From: Candidatus Poriferihabitans sp.
GTDB lineage: Bacteria; Pseudomonadota; Gammaproteobacteria; Arenicellales; Poriferihabitantaceae
Assembly: GCA_965220975.1 (NCBI GenBank)
Contig: OZ244855.1
Span: 1,139,879 to 1,203,878, forward strand
DNA length: 64,000 bases
Reading direction: 5' to 3'
Shown: positions 21,115-32,088 of the stretch, one piece after another
Layout: every line of letters starts with the position of its first letter
Numbering within the stretch: position 1 is the stretch's first letter
The notes under the pieces: model-generated
Database searches by the model: none
The model's input: the letters and a program-made list of their open reading frames with translations, nothing else
What the model was told of the DNA's origin: nothing
Translations under genes and position numbers: made by a program

Positions 21115-22551
21115 GGTTTATTGCTGTCAGAGAAGCCATATAGGATCAAAATACACAAAAGACGGGAATTCAGTATTGATTCACCCTTTCGACGAAACAC
21201 TAACGAAGTTTGCAACCAGGTTTGTAATGGGAATATCTGCAATCTGGTTTTCCTTTTGAAGGAAACCCGCAAACTCATAATGACAATCCACTTTCCTTTT
21301 CATGATGTTATAGTTCTCGCGATTCGCATTTATATAGTAGGCAAGATCAATTCTAACTTGTTCCATGAGTTATACGAACAGATGAGAATAACGATGATTA
21401 AATTGTGAATTTCTGATCGCCAAACAGAGGCAATAGTTCCACTTGCAAGTGTGCACAAGAGTTGCCCTTCCTGCCACAATATGCTATGATTTCCGCATCC
21501 GATTTCACAACCATTAGAGGGCAAGATTATGACACAAGAAACACATCTCGAAAAATGGGAGGACAGCCCGGAAAAAACGGATCTGGCGCAAACCCGCCGT
21601 CCGGTTCATGCTATCGGTGGAATGACACATAGCGGGCCTTATACAGGCAAGGCCTTTGAAGACCCCGATTACACTGTTCGTGATGATTTAAGGGATGTGG
21701 ACTGTTATTTCCAGCAAGAAGCCGATCGGATAACTGTATGCTCATGATGTCATAACCATGGCGGGTAGTGCCGGTTCAATCCTGTACGATGTCAAATGCA
21801 GACGGTTCTGAGCCTGCCCGCACTGCATCGATGAGTAGCCTCAAGCCGACATGCGCTAAACCGCGGTTGTCTGTCTGGGGACTCGAGGCATGCCGTATTT
21901 CCCCAGTAATACTTGCTAAGGACATCTTTCAAGGTGGTGCTCGGCCTTGGCGGGTCAAGCGAGTGCTCGATGCGGGTACGTGTAAACTCTCTCCACCGAG
22001 TCAAGAATCCGACTTGGATGCATGTTGTCCTGACCACAGATCGACACATGGCCGCTATCAAAATAGAATGTATATTGCAAATTTTCACACCTCAGTTTAC
22101 TTTTCGTTAAATTTTTCGGAGTGAACGACCATTAAATATTCTTGCATGGCGTATTTAATTCGCAAAGGATCAACAAAATAACCTCGAACAGATTTCGATG
22201 GGAGTTCGCATCAATTTCACTGCTCCCTCTCAATCAAATACATTGATTATGAATTGTCCTGTCTACCAGAACCAACATCAAACATTGTTTGCGAAAAGAA
22301 CAGGAGAGGAAATTCACATAAAGGTTCCCAATCATGTTGAATTTTGCATGATAAATGAATTTCCTTCGGAAGCTCAAAACAAAAAATTGTATTGTCTCGT
22401 CTTCTCAATTGAACAACCATCGGATTACAGTCGACCGTCTGCATTATCTTGATGGAGACGATGTCTGATCAACAGACCTTTCGATTCATTTGCTCGCAAA
22501 CTAGTTTATGCAGATTACAGATTGTTGAATACCGAACTTCCAAAGCAGGCA

Positions 22552-23190
22552 ATGCTGTCATTAATCAATCTGACATGTGAACGTTCCAATCAGATTTTAT
22601 TCTCAAATTTATCGTTTTCTCTTGAGAAAAGTCAGGGGTTGAGAATTCTTGGGCCCAATGGTTCAGGAAAAACCACTTTGATACGTACAATTGCAGGAAT
22701 ACACAAACCCGTCTCGGGGGAGATTTGCTGGAATCTTGATGGAAAGGGTGGCGACAACCACATGCAAAAACCAAAAATTGCCTATGTGGGGCATACTACT
22801 GGTCTTCGAGGGGAGTTGACCGCGCTCGAGAATCTGGAGTTCTATGCACGCATCAGCGGCAACCTTTCAGGCTTATCACCAATGGAATGTCTGGACAAAA
22901 TGAACATGGGACATTGCTCGAAACGACCTTGCATAAGCCTATCAGCTGGACAACAACAACGAGTCAGTCTCTCGAGACTCGCTCTCAATCAATATGATTT
23001 ATGGCTACTTGATGAACCTGCTACGTCGCTCGATAACCAAGGCATCGACCTCTTGCTCGATCTGACAAAAACTCACTTGGATGCGGGTGGAATGTCCATC
23101 TACTGCTCCCACCAATCAATTTGTTTTGGTTTTGAGCGAGATGAACAAATTGATCTGCGAAATTACAAAAATGAACTCGTTCAATGTTGA
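22552..23190 (+). CDS. ccmA: Heme exporter ATP-binding protein
   Basis: GPNGSGKTT, LSAGQQQRV, WLLDEP. Start at ATG 22552. Confidence 0.95.
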   Translation: MLSLINLTCERSNQILFSNLSFSLEKSQGLRILGPNGSGKTTLIRTIAGIHKPVSGEICWNLDGKGGDNHMQKPKIAYVGHTTGLRGELTALENLEFYARISGNLSGLSPMECLDKMNMGHCSKRPCISLSAGQQQRVSLSRLALNQYDLWLLDEPATSLDNQGIDLLLDLTKTHLDAGGMSIYCSHQSICFGFERDEQIDLRNYKNELVQC

Positions 23191-23843
23191 TAACCATTAT
23201 CAAACGTGATCTAAAATGCGTTTCGCAAAATCTTTCTGGCGCGATTCAACCAATCGGTTTCTTTTTGATTGTCATATCCCTATTTCCTCTAGCCGTTACT
23301 CCAGAACCAGAAATCTTGCAAAGAATTGCGCCTGGAGTAATCTGGATTTCAGCACTATTGGCTACGCTGCTAGCTCTGGATAATCTATTCAAGGAAGATT
23401 TCAACAATGGAACCATTGATCAGATGTTTATTGCTGCGAACTCACTTTATGTCGTAGCCCTTGCTCGCATAATCTCTCACTGGCTAATATCGGGATTGCC
23501 TCTCATCGTTATGTGCCTCATAATAGCTATGATGTTGCAAGTTCCGGCACATGCTGTTGACGCATTAGCAGCAAGTCTTCTGCTTGGTACACCAACTTTG
23601 AGCATGGTTGGCTCCATCGGTGCTGCCCTGACTGTTGGTCTTCGTTATAGCGGGGTATTGCTGACAATGATTACTCTTCCCCTTTACATACCGGTGCTAA
23701 TTTTTGGCGCCAGTTGTATCAGCTCTGACCTCATTGGTCTTCAGTGGACTGGTCAGGCATATTTATTAAGCGCGATTCTGGTACTCAGCGTTACTCTTGC
23801 ACCATTTGCAACAGCAGCAGCCCTTCGAATCAACTTGAATTAG
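23184..23843 (+). CDS. ccmB: Heme exporter permease
   Basis: IAPGVIW, SLLLGTPTLS, LPLYIPVLIFG. Confidence 0.95.
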   Translation: MLITIIKRDLKCVSQNLSGAIQPIGFFLIVISLFPLAVTPEPEILQRIAPGVIWISALLATLLALDNLFKEDFNNGTIDQMFIAANSLYVVALARIISHWLISGLPLIVMCLIIAMMLQVPAHAVDALAASLLLGTPTLSMVGSIGAALTVGLRYSGVLLTMITLPLYIPVLIFGASCISSDLIGLQWTGQAYLLSAILVLSVTLAPFATAAALRINLN

Positions 23844-23895
23844 AAGCAAACTAAATCGGATAAAATATTTGCCGAGTTGTTGTTTTTGAACAAAC

Positions 23896-24684
23896 ATGAC
23901 ATCACAATACACTGAATCAAAGGATCGTCTACCAGGACGAACGCGCAACTCTTCGATCTGGTTTCATCGCTTTGGCTCTCCTTCCTATTTCTATCGCATG
24001 GCCTCACGTTGGGGGCCACGTACAGGATGGTGTGCGCTTATTTTGATGATAATTGGCCTCTTCATGGGACTTTTTGTAGCACCTCCTGATTATCAGATGG
24101 GAGATAGCTATCGCATCATCTATATACATGTGCCTACAGCCTGGATGTCTCTGTCCGTTTACTTGTTGATGGCCATTTCAGCGGCCATTGGACTTATCTG
24201 GAGGATGAAGGTGGCTTTTTGCGTGTCCAGATCCTGTGCCCCTATTGGCGCTGCATTCACATTTTGCGCACTGATTACCGGATCACTATGGGGCAAACCC
24301 ACTTGGGGAACCTACTGGATATGGGATGCTCGATTAACCTCTGAACTTGTATTACTGTTCTTGTTTATGGGATACATGGCCTTGGATAGAGCAATACTCG
24401 ATCGGAAAACAGCCTCACAAGCAACCGCGATACTTAGCCTTGTTGGATTGGTAAACATCCCCATCATTCATTACTCTGTTGAATGGTGGAATACACTGCA
24501 TCAAGGCTCAACAGTGATTCGAATGGATGGCCCGAGTATAGATATACAAATGCTGATTCCATTACTTATTACGACAGTTGCCATGAATCTGTATTTCGTT
24601 TCGGTCCTGTTTTATCGGGTTCGATGTGAACTTCTGGATCTTGAACGAAGAACGCAATGGGTTAGAGAGGTCGCAAATGGCTGA
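23896..24684 (+). CDS. ccmC: Heme exporter protein C
   Basis: YRIIYIHVP and WWD domain WGKPTWGTYWIWDARLT. Confidence 0.97.
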   Translation: MTSQYTESKDRLPGRTRNSSIWFHRFGSPSYFYRMASRWGPRTGWCALILMIIGLFMGLFVAPPDYQMGDSYRIIYIHVPTAWMSLSVYLLMAISAAIGLIWRMKVAFCVSRSCAPIGAAFTFCALITGSLWGKPTWGTYWIWDARLTSELVLLFLFMGYMALDRAILDRKTASQATAILSLVGLVNIPIIHYSVEWWNTLHQGSTVIRMDGPSIDIQMLIPLLITTVAMNLYFVSVLFYRVRCELLDLERRTQWVREVANG

Positions 24685-24832
24685 ATTGATGAATATGGGC
24701 GGGCATGGTTTCTATATATGGACCAGTTATGCGGTGGTGATTACTGTGTTGGCATTGGGTATTGTCATACCAATTCGCCGTCATAAAGACTTGATCAATG
24801 AAATCACAGAACATCGTAAATCAACCAAATAA
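24677..24832 (+). CDS. ccmD: Heme exporter protein D
   Basis: MAELMNMGGHGFYIWTSYAV followed by a TM segment; lies between ccmC and ccmE. Confidence 0.9.
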   Translation: MAELMNMGGHGFYIWTSYAVVITVLALGIVIPIRRHKDLINEITEHRKSTK

Positions 24833-24873
24833 CCTATTCCTAATCATCATACGATCAGTCATCATTCAAGACA

Positions 24874-25326
24874 ATGAAAGCACAACGAAAGGCAAGAATG
24901 TTAATTGTCGCCATGGTCCTGCTCGGGGTTTCAATTTCGGCAGTGCTTGCACTCCTATCGTTAAAAGAAAACATCAACCTGTTCTATAGTCCGAGCCAAG
25001 TGCATGCGGGGGAAGTTCCTCCAGATGCGTCAATTCGAATTGGAGGAATGGTCGTCAAAGGATCAGTAGATCGGGATCCAGATAGTTTGGAAGTAAATTT
25101 TGATCTAACCGATACAGCAAAAGTTGTGACTGTCGTCTATACCGGTATACTGCCAGACCTGTTTCGAGAAGGCCAAGGTATCGTCGCAACAGGAAAAATG
25201 AAAGAAAATCGATTTCATGCTGATCAGGTTCTGGCCAAGCATGATGAAACATACATGGCACCTGAAGTAAGCGAGTCCATAAAGGCAGCCCATGGTCAGA
25301 AGTCAATAGAAGGATACGAACAATGA
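24874..25326 (+). CDS. ccmE: Heme chaperone
   Basis: YTGILPDLFREGQG, VLAKHDETY. Confidence 0.97.
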   Translation: MKAQRKARMLIVAMVLLGVSISAVLALLSLKENINLFYSPSQVHAGEVPPDASIRIGGMVVKGSVDRDPDSLEVNFDLTDTAKVVTVVYTGILPDLFREGQGIVATGKMKENRFHADQVLAKHDETYMAPEVSESIKAAHGQKSIEGYEQ

Positions 25327-27281
25327 TTCCGGAACTCGGACATTTTTCTCTGATTCTTGCTCTCGCTGTTGGCATTCTGATGTCAACCTTGCCTTTAATC
25401 GGTGCTCAACGAGGCATAGTTACCTGGATCGCCTTCGCCAAACCGGCTGCACTGGGTCAGTTTTTTTTGATTTCATTTTCGTATCTCTGCCTAAGCTGGG
25501 CATTTCTGAGCAATGACTTTTCGGTATCATATGTTGCAAACCATTCAAACACCGAATTGCCTCTGATTTATAAAATTTCAGGGGTATGGGGTGGACACGA
25601 AGGTTCGCTTCTGCTTTGGATTCTGATTCTATCCGGGTGGACTACAGCTGTAGCTCTATTTTCAAAATCCCTGCCCTCTTCCTTGTCAAGTCGGGTCTTG
25701 GCTGTGATGGGTCTGGTTTGTGTTGGATTTTTACTTTTTACATTGCTTACATCCAATCCATTTACTCGTTTATCCCCAGCTCCGCTAGAGGGACGTGACC
25801 TTAACCCGCTACTTCAGGATTTTGGACTGGCCGTGCACCCTCCTATGCTCTACCTTGGCTATGTTGGGTTTTCTGTGCCTTTTGCCTTTTCAATTGCAGC
25901 ATTGCTTGATGGTCGATTCGATTCCGCATGGGCGCGCTGGACTCGTCCTTGGGCAAATATGGCATGGGTGTTTCTCACTATTGGTATCGCTCTAGGATCC
26001 TGGTGGGCCTACTATGAGCTCGGATGGGGTGGCTGGTGGTTCTGGGACCCCGTTGAAAATGCCTCCTTTATGCCTTGGCTGGTCGGTACGGCTCTCATTC
26101 ACTCATTAGCAGCTACCGAAAAACGAGGCGTTTTCAAATCTTGGTCGGTCTTACTGGCAATCCTGGCTTTTTCTCTTTCACTGCTAGGAACATTTCTGGT
26201 CCGATCCGGTGTTCTAATATCAGTACATGCATTTGCTGCTGATCCCACTAGAGGCCTTTTCATATTGATCTTCCTGGGCGTTGTAACTGGTAGTTCACTG
26301 TTGCTGTATGCTTACAGAACCTCAACCATAGTAAGCCAAGTCCGATTCCATCCGGTTTCAAGGGAAATGATGATTCTAATTAACAATGTGCTGTTTGGGA
26401 TTTTGTGTTTTTCGGTCCTGCTTGGAACGCTGTATCCGTTAATCTTCGATGCATTGAATCTTGGAAAGATTTCAGTTGGCCCACCTTATTTTGATTTCAT
26501 ATTCACCTGGCTTGGGTTTCCACTCCTTATCGCAGTTGGCATTGGTGCATTGCTCCGATGGAAAAAAGATGATTTTTCACGCATGCGAAGTCGAATCTTG
26601 CTTGTTGGTATCGCATCCGTAATTTGCGGATTTCTCATTCCAATTGCGATGCCATTTTACTCATTCGGGGTGGCCGCTGGCATCATTGGCGGCACTCTGG
26701 TGATCCTGCTCAGTCTCTCGGTAATAGTAGACAGAATGGGTAGAGTGAACCGCTTCAGGAATCTGCGATCAACACCACGGGCCATATATGGAATGATCAC
26801 TGCCCATATCGGGCTAGGAATATTCATTATTGGTGTCGTCATGACTACTGTCTACAGTATTGAAAAAGATATTCGCATGCAAGTCGGAGATCAGCATGAA
26901 ATCGAGAACTACACCTTCATTTTTGAAGATATAGTCAGTCGTGAAGGACCTAACTACAGTTCCGTAACCGGGTTGTTCAATGTATATCAATCGGATCGTC
27001 ATGTTGTGCTCCTAGAGCCAGAGAAACGCGTTTATCGCGTCCAGCAAAATCCGATGACCGAAGCAGCGATTGACCCGGGATTCACGAGAGATTTATATGT
27101 AGCGTTAGGCGAGCCACTTGAGAACTCGCAGGTCTGGGCGGTCAGAATTTACTGGAAACCATTTGTCCGCTGGATTTGGTTAGGAGCAATATTCATGGCT
27201 TTTGGGGGACTTCTAGGCGCTACCGATAAACGCTACCGCAGTCGAGCCAGAAACAGGCAATTGGAACCTGCACGAATCTAA
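25323..27281 (+). CDS. ccmF: Heme lyase CcmF
   Basis: MIPELGH, WGGHEGSLLLW, WAYYELGWGGWWFWDPVEN. Confidence 0.98.
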   Translation: MIPELGHFSLILALAVGILMSTLPLIGAQRGIVTWIAFAKPAALGQFFLISFSYLCLSWAFLSNDFSVSYVANHSNTELPLIYKISGVWGGHEGSLLLWILILSGWTTAVALFSKSLPSSLSSRVLAVMGLVCVGFLLFTLLTSNPFTRLSPAPLEGRDLNPLLQDFGLAVHPPMLYLGYVGFSVPFAFSIAALLDGRFDSAWARWTRPWANMAWVFLTIGIALGSWWAYYELGWGGWWFWDPVENASFMPWLVGTALIHSLAATEKRGVFKSWSVLLAILAFSLSLLGTFLVRSGVLISVHAFAADPTRGLFILIFLGVVTGSSLLLYAYRTSTIVSQVRFHPVSREMMILINNVLFGILCFSVLLGTLYPLIFDALNLGKISVGPPYFDFIFTWLGFPLLIAVGIGALLRWKKDDFSRMRSRILLVGIASVICGFLIPIAMPFYSFGVAAGIIGGTLVILLSLSVIVDRMGRVNRFRNLRSTPRAIYGMITAHIGLGIFIIGVVMTTVYSIEKDIRMQVGDQHEIENYTFIFEDIVSREGPNYSSVTGLFNVYQSDRHVVLLEPEKRVYRVQQNPMTEAAIDPGFTRDLYVALGEPLENSQVWAVRIYWKPFVRWIWLGAIFMAFGGLLGATDKRYRSRARNRQLEPARI

Positions 27282-27282
27282 C

Positions 27283-27831
27283 ATGAGCTCATCAACCAAG
27301 CGATTGAAAGGGTTATGGCCTTTCGTTATTTTTTGTGCCTTGGCTGTGCTTTTGTATGTTGCGCTCGGAAAAAACCCGGAGCATATCCCTTCTCCGCTAA
27401 TTGGAAAACCGACCCCAGAATTTAAATTGCCGGATCTTGAGAACCAGTTCTCACTTTCCAATCGGGATATGCAGGGGCAGGTCTGGCTTCTCAATGTCTG
27501 GGCTTCATGGTGTGTTGCCTGCGTTGAAGAACATCCACTTCTAAATGATCTCTCAAATAGTGGAGCTGTTCAAATCGTAGGATTAAATTACAAAGATGTG
27601 CAAGCAGATGCCAAAGAATGGCTCGAAAAACATGGCAATCCCTATCGCTTTATTGCTGTTGACAGTACTGGGGATGTAGGGATTGATTACGGGGTGTATG
27701 GTGTTCCTGAAACTTTCCTGATTGACACGGTTGGAACTATTCAATACAAGCATATTGGTCCATTGACTCAGGAAATTATCGACCAGCAGATCATTCCATT
27801 AATTGATCAATTGCAGAAGCAGGAGTCGTAG
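27283..27831 (+). CDS. ccmG: Thiol:disulfide interchange protein DsbE/CcmG
   Basis: NVWASWCVAC, GVYGVPETF. Confidence 0.96.
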   Translation: MSSSTKRLKGLWPFVIFCALAVLLYVALGKNPEHIPSPLIGKPTPEFKLPDLENQFSLSNRDMQGQVWLLNVWASWCVACVEEHPLLNDLSNSGAVQIVGLNYKDVQADAKEWLEKHGNPYRFIAVDSTGDVGIDYGVYGVPETFLIDTVGTIQYKHIGPLTQEIIDQQIIPLIDQLQKQES

Positions 27832-27839
27832 CTTCGACT

Positions 27840-28331
27840 ATGTTGCAAAGCCGAATCATTTTTCCGCTTGCTATCGCGGTATTGGTCATGACGATTTCTC
27901 CAGTGGTTACCGCTACCGCTGAGCCATTACCGGAACTGCCAACATCCGAACAGCAAAAAACCTATGATCGGTTAATTCGGGAATTACGCTGTCTAGTTTG
28001 CAAGAACCAGAATTTGCTTGACTCGAACGCTGAGTTAGCTACAGACCTTAGAAAAAAAGCCCATCAACTGGTAGCTGAAGGCAAAAACTACGAGGAGGTT
28101 GTCAAGTACATGACTGATCGGTTCGGAACATTTGTAATGTACCGCCCTCCACTGATGGCCTCAACATATGCCCTCTGGGGGCTACCATTTCTGGGGTTTA
28201 TGCTGATTCTATCCTTGATTATCATCCGCATCCGTAAACGCTCTAATTTTCAGTTACTTGAGCTCAACAACAACGAACGAAAAACTGCAGAGGATTTACT
28301 TGAAGAACGAAAAGGAGAGTCCTCTTCGTGA
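27840..28331 (+). CDS. ccmH: Cytochrome c biogenesis protein CcmH
   Basis: LRCLVCKNQ motif. Confidence 0.94.
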   Translation: MLQSRIIFPLAIAVLVMTISPVVTATAEPLPELPTSEQQKTYDRLIRELRCLVCKNQNLLDSNAELATDLRKKAHQLVAEGKNYEEVVKYMTDRFGTFVMYRPPLMASTYALWGLPFLGFMLILSLIIIRIRKRSNFQLLELNNNERKTAEDLLEERKGESSS

Positions 28332-29515
28332 TACCAGTACTGATCATGCTGTTACTGACTGCTGTCGCAATCATTTCCATGTTGCCTGCGTTGCTGAATC
28401 GTTTACGAATTGAGCAACATGGAAGGGAACTGTCCAATACAGACATTGCGCTTCATCGAATGGATGAAATTCAGGATATGGATCAAGAAGAACGTAACGA
28501 GGCCGAAGATGAAATAAAGAACAACTTGCTGCAAGACACAAAATCTACAGAAACACCTGCAAACAAAATTATTCCGTTTCGGCACTCCCTCTGGATTCCG
28601 GTTTTCTTGATCGGAATCTCGGTCGGGACTTATTTCCAGATCGGCAATCCTTCATTGATGTTTGGTCTTTCTCACCATGCACGAACAGACACAGCAAATC
28701 TTCCAGAAAATATTGAGCAAATGATCCTTCAACTGGAAGAGAGGATTGAACAAAGCCCCAATAATATCGAAACTCTAGAAGTTGCGGGTCAGGTGTATTC
28801 GACGCTCGGAAATTCTGTCAAAGCTGAAGCAGTCTACGCCAAACTGAATGACCTATCGCCCGGAAATCCTGATTATCTCACGCGTCTTGCGAATGCTGTA
28901 ATTCTGAACAACAATGACACCTACACGCGCGAAGCTGAATCATATATCGAACAAGCTCTCGCCATTGATCCGCTACATCAGGATGCAATATGGATTTCAG
29001 CGCTAGGCGCAAGCAGTCGAGGTGAAATCGAAAACTCCCTCGAACAGCTAGAATTATTGTTGACGCTGGTTGAGGATGAAGAAGAAGTTCGTCAATCACT
29101 ACTAACAATGATCAGGCAACAACAAGCGCTGTTAAGCACCAATGATGAAACTGATCAAGTTGGTCAGGGCAAAATTTTGACTATAGAGGTTGTGCTGGAT
29201 AATAATCTGTCTCAACATGTTTCTTCAACCGACACAGTTTTTGTTACTGCCAAAGCTGCCAATGGCCCCCCTGCGCCGCTTGCCATTCGCAAGTTGACCG
29301 TTGGGAATCTGCCTCAAATAGTGCATTTGTCAAATGCACATTCCATGATTGAAGGCATGACGGTTGATCAATTTGAAGACATCGTCATTCAGGCAAGGGT
29401 TTCAAAAAGTGGAACAGCGCAAAGGAGTTCGGGAGATATTGTTAGTGATTCTATTCAAATCTCCGGTCATCCAGAGAATGTTCTATCACTAACAATCAAT
29501 GCGATCATTCAATAA
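28328..29515 (+). CDS. ccmI: Cytochrome c biogenesis TPR protein CcmI/CycH
   Basis: N-terminal TM segments, TPR-like centre, C-terminal GPPAPLA...ARVSKSG domain. Confidence 0.88.
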   Translation: MIPVLIMLLLTAVAIISMLPALLNRLRIEQHGRELSNTDIALHRMDEIQDMDQEERNEAEDEIKNNLLQDTKSTETPANKIIPFRHSLWIPVFLIGISVGTYFQIGNPSLMFGLSHHARTDTANLPENIEQMILQLEERIEQSPNNIETLEVAGQVYSTLGNSVKAEAVYAKLNDLSPGNPDYLTRLANAVILNNNDTYTREAESYIEQALAIDPLHQDAIWISALGASSRGEIENSLEQLELLLTLVEDEEEVRQSLLTMIRQQQALLSTNDETDQVGQGKILTIEVVLDNNLSQHVSSTDTVFVTAKAANGPPAPLAIRKLTVGNLPQIVHLSNAHSMIEGMTVDQFEDIVIQARVSKSGTAQRSSGDIVSDSIQISGHPENVLSLTINAIIQ

Positions 29516-29569
29516 GCACGTCCCCCTCGACTCCGTCTGCAATTTGGGTGCAAATCAACGAGTCTAAAA

Positions 29570-29593
29570 TAGCCTTGAGTTCAATCAAGGCTA
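29570..29593. terminator. Hairpin downstream of the ccm operon
   Basis: TAGCCTTGA-GTTCAA-TCAAGGCTA, a 9-bp stem preceded by an A run (U-tract on the minus strand). Confidence 0.45.
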
Positions 29594-30136
29594 AATGGTT
29601 TTCATGGGAAATCTTGGGCTATGAAACAGGCAATAATTCACGCTAGGGATTCAATTCACCGCCTGATCATGCATAAGAGTGTCGATTATTTTTTTGCTCA
29701 TGCATTCGATATCTAGCCGAGATCAACATGATTTACCCATGTCCAGAATAGTTTGCATGGTCGGCGACTACGCGCTTCATGCCCCATAAGGCTACCTTAG
29801 TCTATCTTTGTATTTGTTGCGTCGATCTTGTTTCTCGTTGCTGTGCAAATATGGCAGATCCCAGCTTTTGCATTGTTCAGGATAAATTGGCTTGCAGTTA
29901 ACCATTTACTCCATTCGGTCAAATGCGATTTCAGGATTTTCATGGCAATCTTGAAAAGAACACTTGGTTAACTTGGCACCTGCTCCACAGAGGCTGTCAC
30001 ATTCCAGCTAGGGTTCAAGTTCGCTTAATTGCTTCCAGTCATTCGATAAAATTGCCATCGTTTTCAATTAATCGCTCACTATTCCTCTTTTCAGTCTTCG
30101 AAATTTGGAAGTTAGCGACGAAAGATATCCGGGGGG

Positions 30137-30784
30137 TTACCTTGACTTTCCTGACTCAGGTGTCGGTTTGATTTCTTGCTGGGTGGTCAGTTTTACAGCA
30201 CTTGCATCATCCTTTTCACTTGTTATGGTCGGTTTTGATGGTTTTTGCGGTGTGGTCAGCTTAACCGCCGGGTCAATGGCTCTTGCCTTTGGGGTTTCTA
30301 CAGGCGGTTTTTGATGTTGGCTGCGATTTTTGGAAGTTTCAGCACTTTTACTCTTGGCAATGCTCTGTCCGTGAAATGAACTGACTGCATCAATGGTCAA
30401 CACGGTCGCTGCCAAGGTTCCCTCAACATTTCCTCCAGCAATCAATTCAATTCTATCGAAGTCAGCATTCCCAGTGAAACGACCTGAAATAATTAATTTC
30501 GCTCCAAAAATATCACCATCAACATACCCATTCTGACCGATAATTACAGTCGAATTTGAATGAATTTCGCCCTTGAAATTGCCATCAATATGCAAATCGT
30601 GCTTATCACTATTGATTTCCATTCGACCAGTCAACTGGATTCCCGGACCAATTGATGTTACCTCTTTGGTAGAATTTCCACTGGGTTTTCGTTCTATATT
30701 CATTTTGAGTTTTTCTTTCACATCTGGTGTTCCCATCACCGGAGTGGTGCCGTCGTCGTCCGTTGGTTTTTTGAATAATGACAT
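30137..30784 (-). CDS. Bactofilin (polymer-forming cytoskeletal protein) with low-complexity tails
   Basis: TSIGPGIQLTG...LHIDGNFKGEI...IGQNGYVDGDI...ISGRFTG beta-helix pattern; K/P/T-rich C-terminus. Confidence 0.88.
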   Translation of the reverse strand: MSLFKKPTDDDGTTPVMGTPDVKEKLKMNIERKPSGNSTKEVTSIGPGIQLTGRMEINSDKHDLHIDGNFKGEIHSNSTVIIGQNGYVDGDIFGAKLIISGRFTGNADFDRIELIAGGNVEGTLAATVLTIDAVSSFHGQSIAKSKSAETSKNRSQHQKPPVETPKARAIDPAVKLTTPQKPSKPTITSEKDDASAVKLTTQQEIKPTPESGKSR

Positions 30785-30921
30785 TGAATATTCTCTCTTT
30801 CGTTGTAGGGTCTATGGCTAATAGCCCAACCTATGGTCGTGTCAATTTTGGGATTATATCATCACACCTGCTAATATTTTTACCTTGAAAAAGACAATTG
30901 CCAACAAAATTATAGTGTAAA

Positions 30922-31160
30922 TGTTGTTAACAAATAAGCTGTCCGGTTAGTGGCACATAAACTGTCCGCTTTTTGGAGAGGTTCATGAAGCGGGCATGAT
31001 GGCAACAGGAGACCAGACTGATGAGGTTTGAAGAGGCCTATGAGGGTTGGACGGAGAGGCGTCTGAGCCAGGAGGAAGCGGCGTCGCTACTGGGGGGCTT
31101 GTTTCTGCACCTTCCGGCGTCATGTGTGCCGATACGAGGAGGAGGGTTGCGAGGGGCTGA
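30922..31160. mobile_element. Isolated IS21-family-like end with GC-rich remnant
   Basis: TG terminus (TGTTGTTAACAA) followed by ATAAGCTGTCCG (30934) and ATAAACTGTCCG (30957), 23 bp apart, then an abrupt GC rise. Confidence 0.6.
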
Positions 31161-31241
31161 TTGTCGTATAATTCAAGTCTCTTTGGTTCATCCATAAGAT
31201 TTCTTTTCAATAAACCAAGCTCATCCCTAACCATATCCATT

Positions 31242-32075
31242 ATGAACACATCCGATCTGGAAAATATTATTACTGAAGCTTGGCAGGGACGCGAGAGTAT
31301 TAACCCGAATAGCGTTTCTGCCGAAATTGAAAATGCTATACGCGCAAGTATTGAATTGCTTGATGCCGGTCAGGCCCGTGTTGCAGAACCGAATGGTCAG
31401 AAATGGAAGGTGAACCAGTGGTTAAAAATGGCTGTATTGCTTTCCTTCCGAATTGACAAGAATCGAGTCATGGGTACCAATCCAATCCAATACTATGACA
31501 AGGTGGAAACAAAATTCAACAATTACGATGAACATACTTTTGCCAGCGGCGGTTATCGGGTTGTTCCACCTGCCGTGGTCAGAAAAGGTGCCTATATTGC
31601 AAATGATGTTGTATTAATGCCAAGTTATGTGAATATCGGTGCTTTTGTAGGCGAGAAAACGATGGTAGATACATGGGCGACCGTTGGTAGTTGTGCCCAG
31701 ATCGGTGCAAACGTTCATCTTTCAGGAGGGGTTGGTATAGGTGGAGTATTGGAGCCCTTGCAGGCATCTCCAACCATTATTGAAGACGATTGTTTTATCG
31801 GCGCTCGAAGTGAAGTAGTCGAGGGTGTGATCGTAGGCAGAGGGTCAGTTATTTCAATGGGGGTCTATCTTGGTCAAAGTACTCGGATTTATGACCGGAC
31901 AACCAAAGAAGTGAGTTATGGGTATGTTCCACCTGGGTCAGTTGTCGTGTCTGGCTCATTGCCTGCCGAAGATGGCAGTCACAGCCTGTATTGTGCAGTC
32001 ATTGTCAAACAAGTTGACGAAAAAACTCGCAATAAAGTTGGGATCAATGAACTCATCCGAAATATCCAACCCTGA
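31242..32075 (+). CDS. dapD: Tetrahydrodipicolinate N-succinyltransferase
   Basis: [49 protein letters not shown]. Start at ATG 31242. Confidence 0.98.
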   Translation: MNTSDLENIITEAWQGRESINPNSVSAEIENAIRASIELLDAGQARVAEPNGQKWKVNQWLKMAVLLSFRIDKNRVMGTNPIQYYDKVETKFNNYDEHTFASGGYRVVPPAVVRKGAYIANDVVLMPSYVNIGAFVGEKTMVDTWATVGSCAQIGANVHLSGGVGIGGVLEPLQASPTIIEDDCFIGARSEVVEGVIVGRGSVISMGVYLGQSTRIYDRTTKEVSYGYVPPGSVVVSGSLPAEDGSHSLYCAVIVKQVDEKTRNKVGINELIRNIQP

Positions 32076-32088
32076 TATTCCAGATAAG

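Noticed and set aside
21768-22124. Group II intron / reverse-transcriptase remnant
   Set aside because: The tract is GC-richer, but no RT motif or domain V hairpin could be identified.
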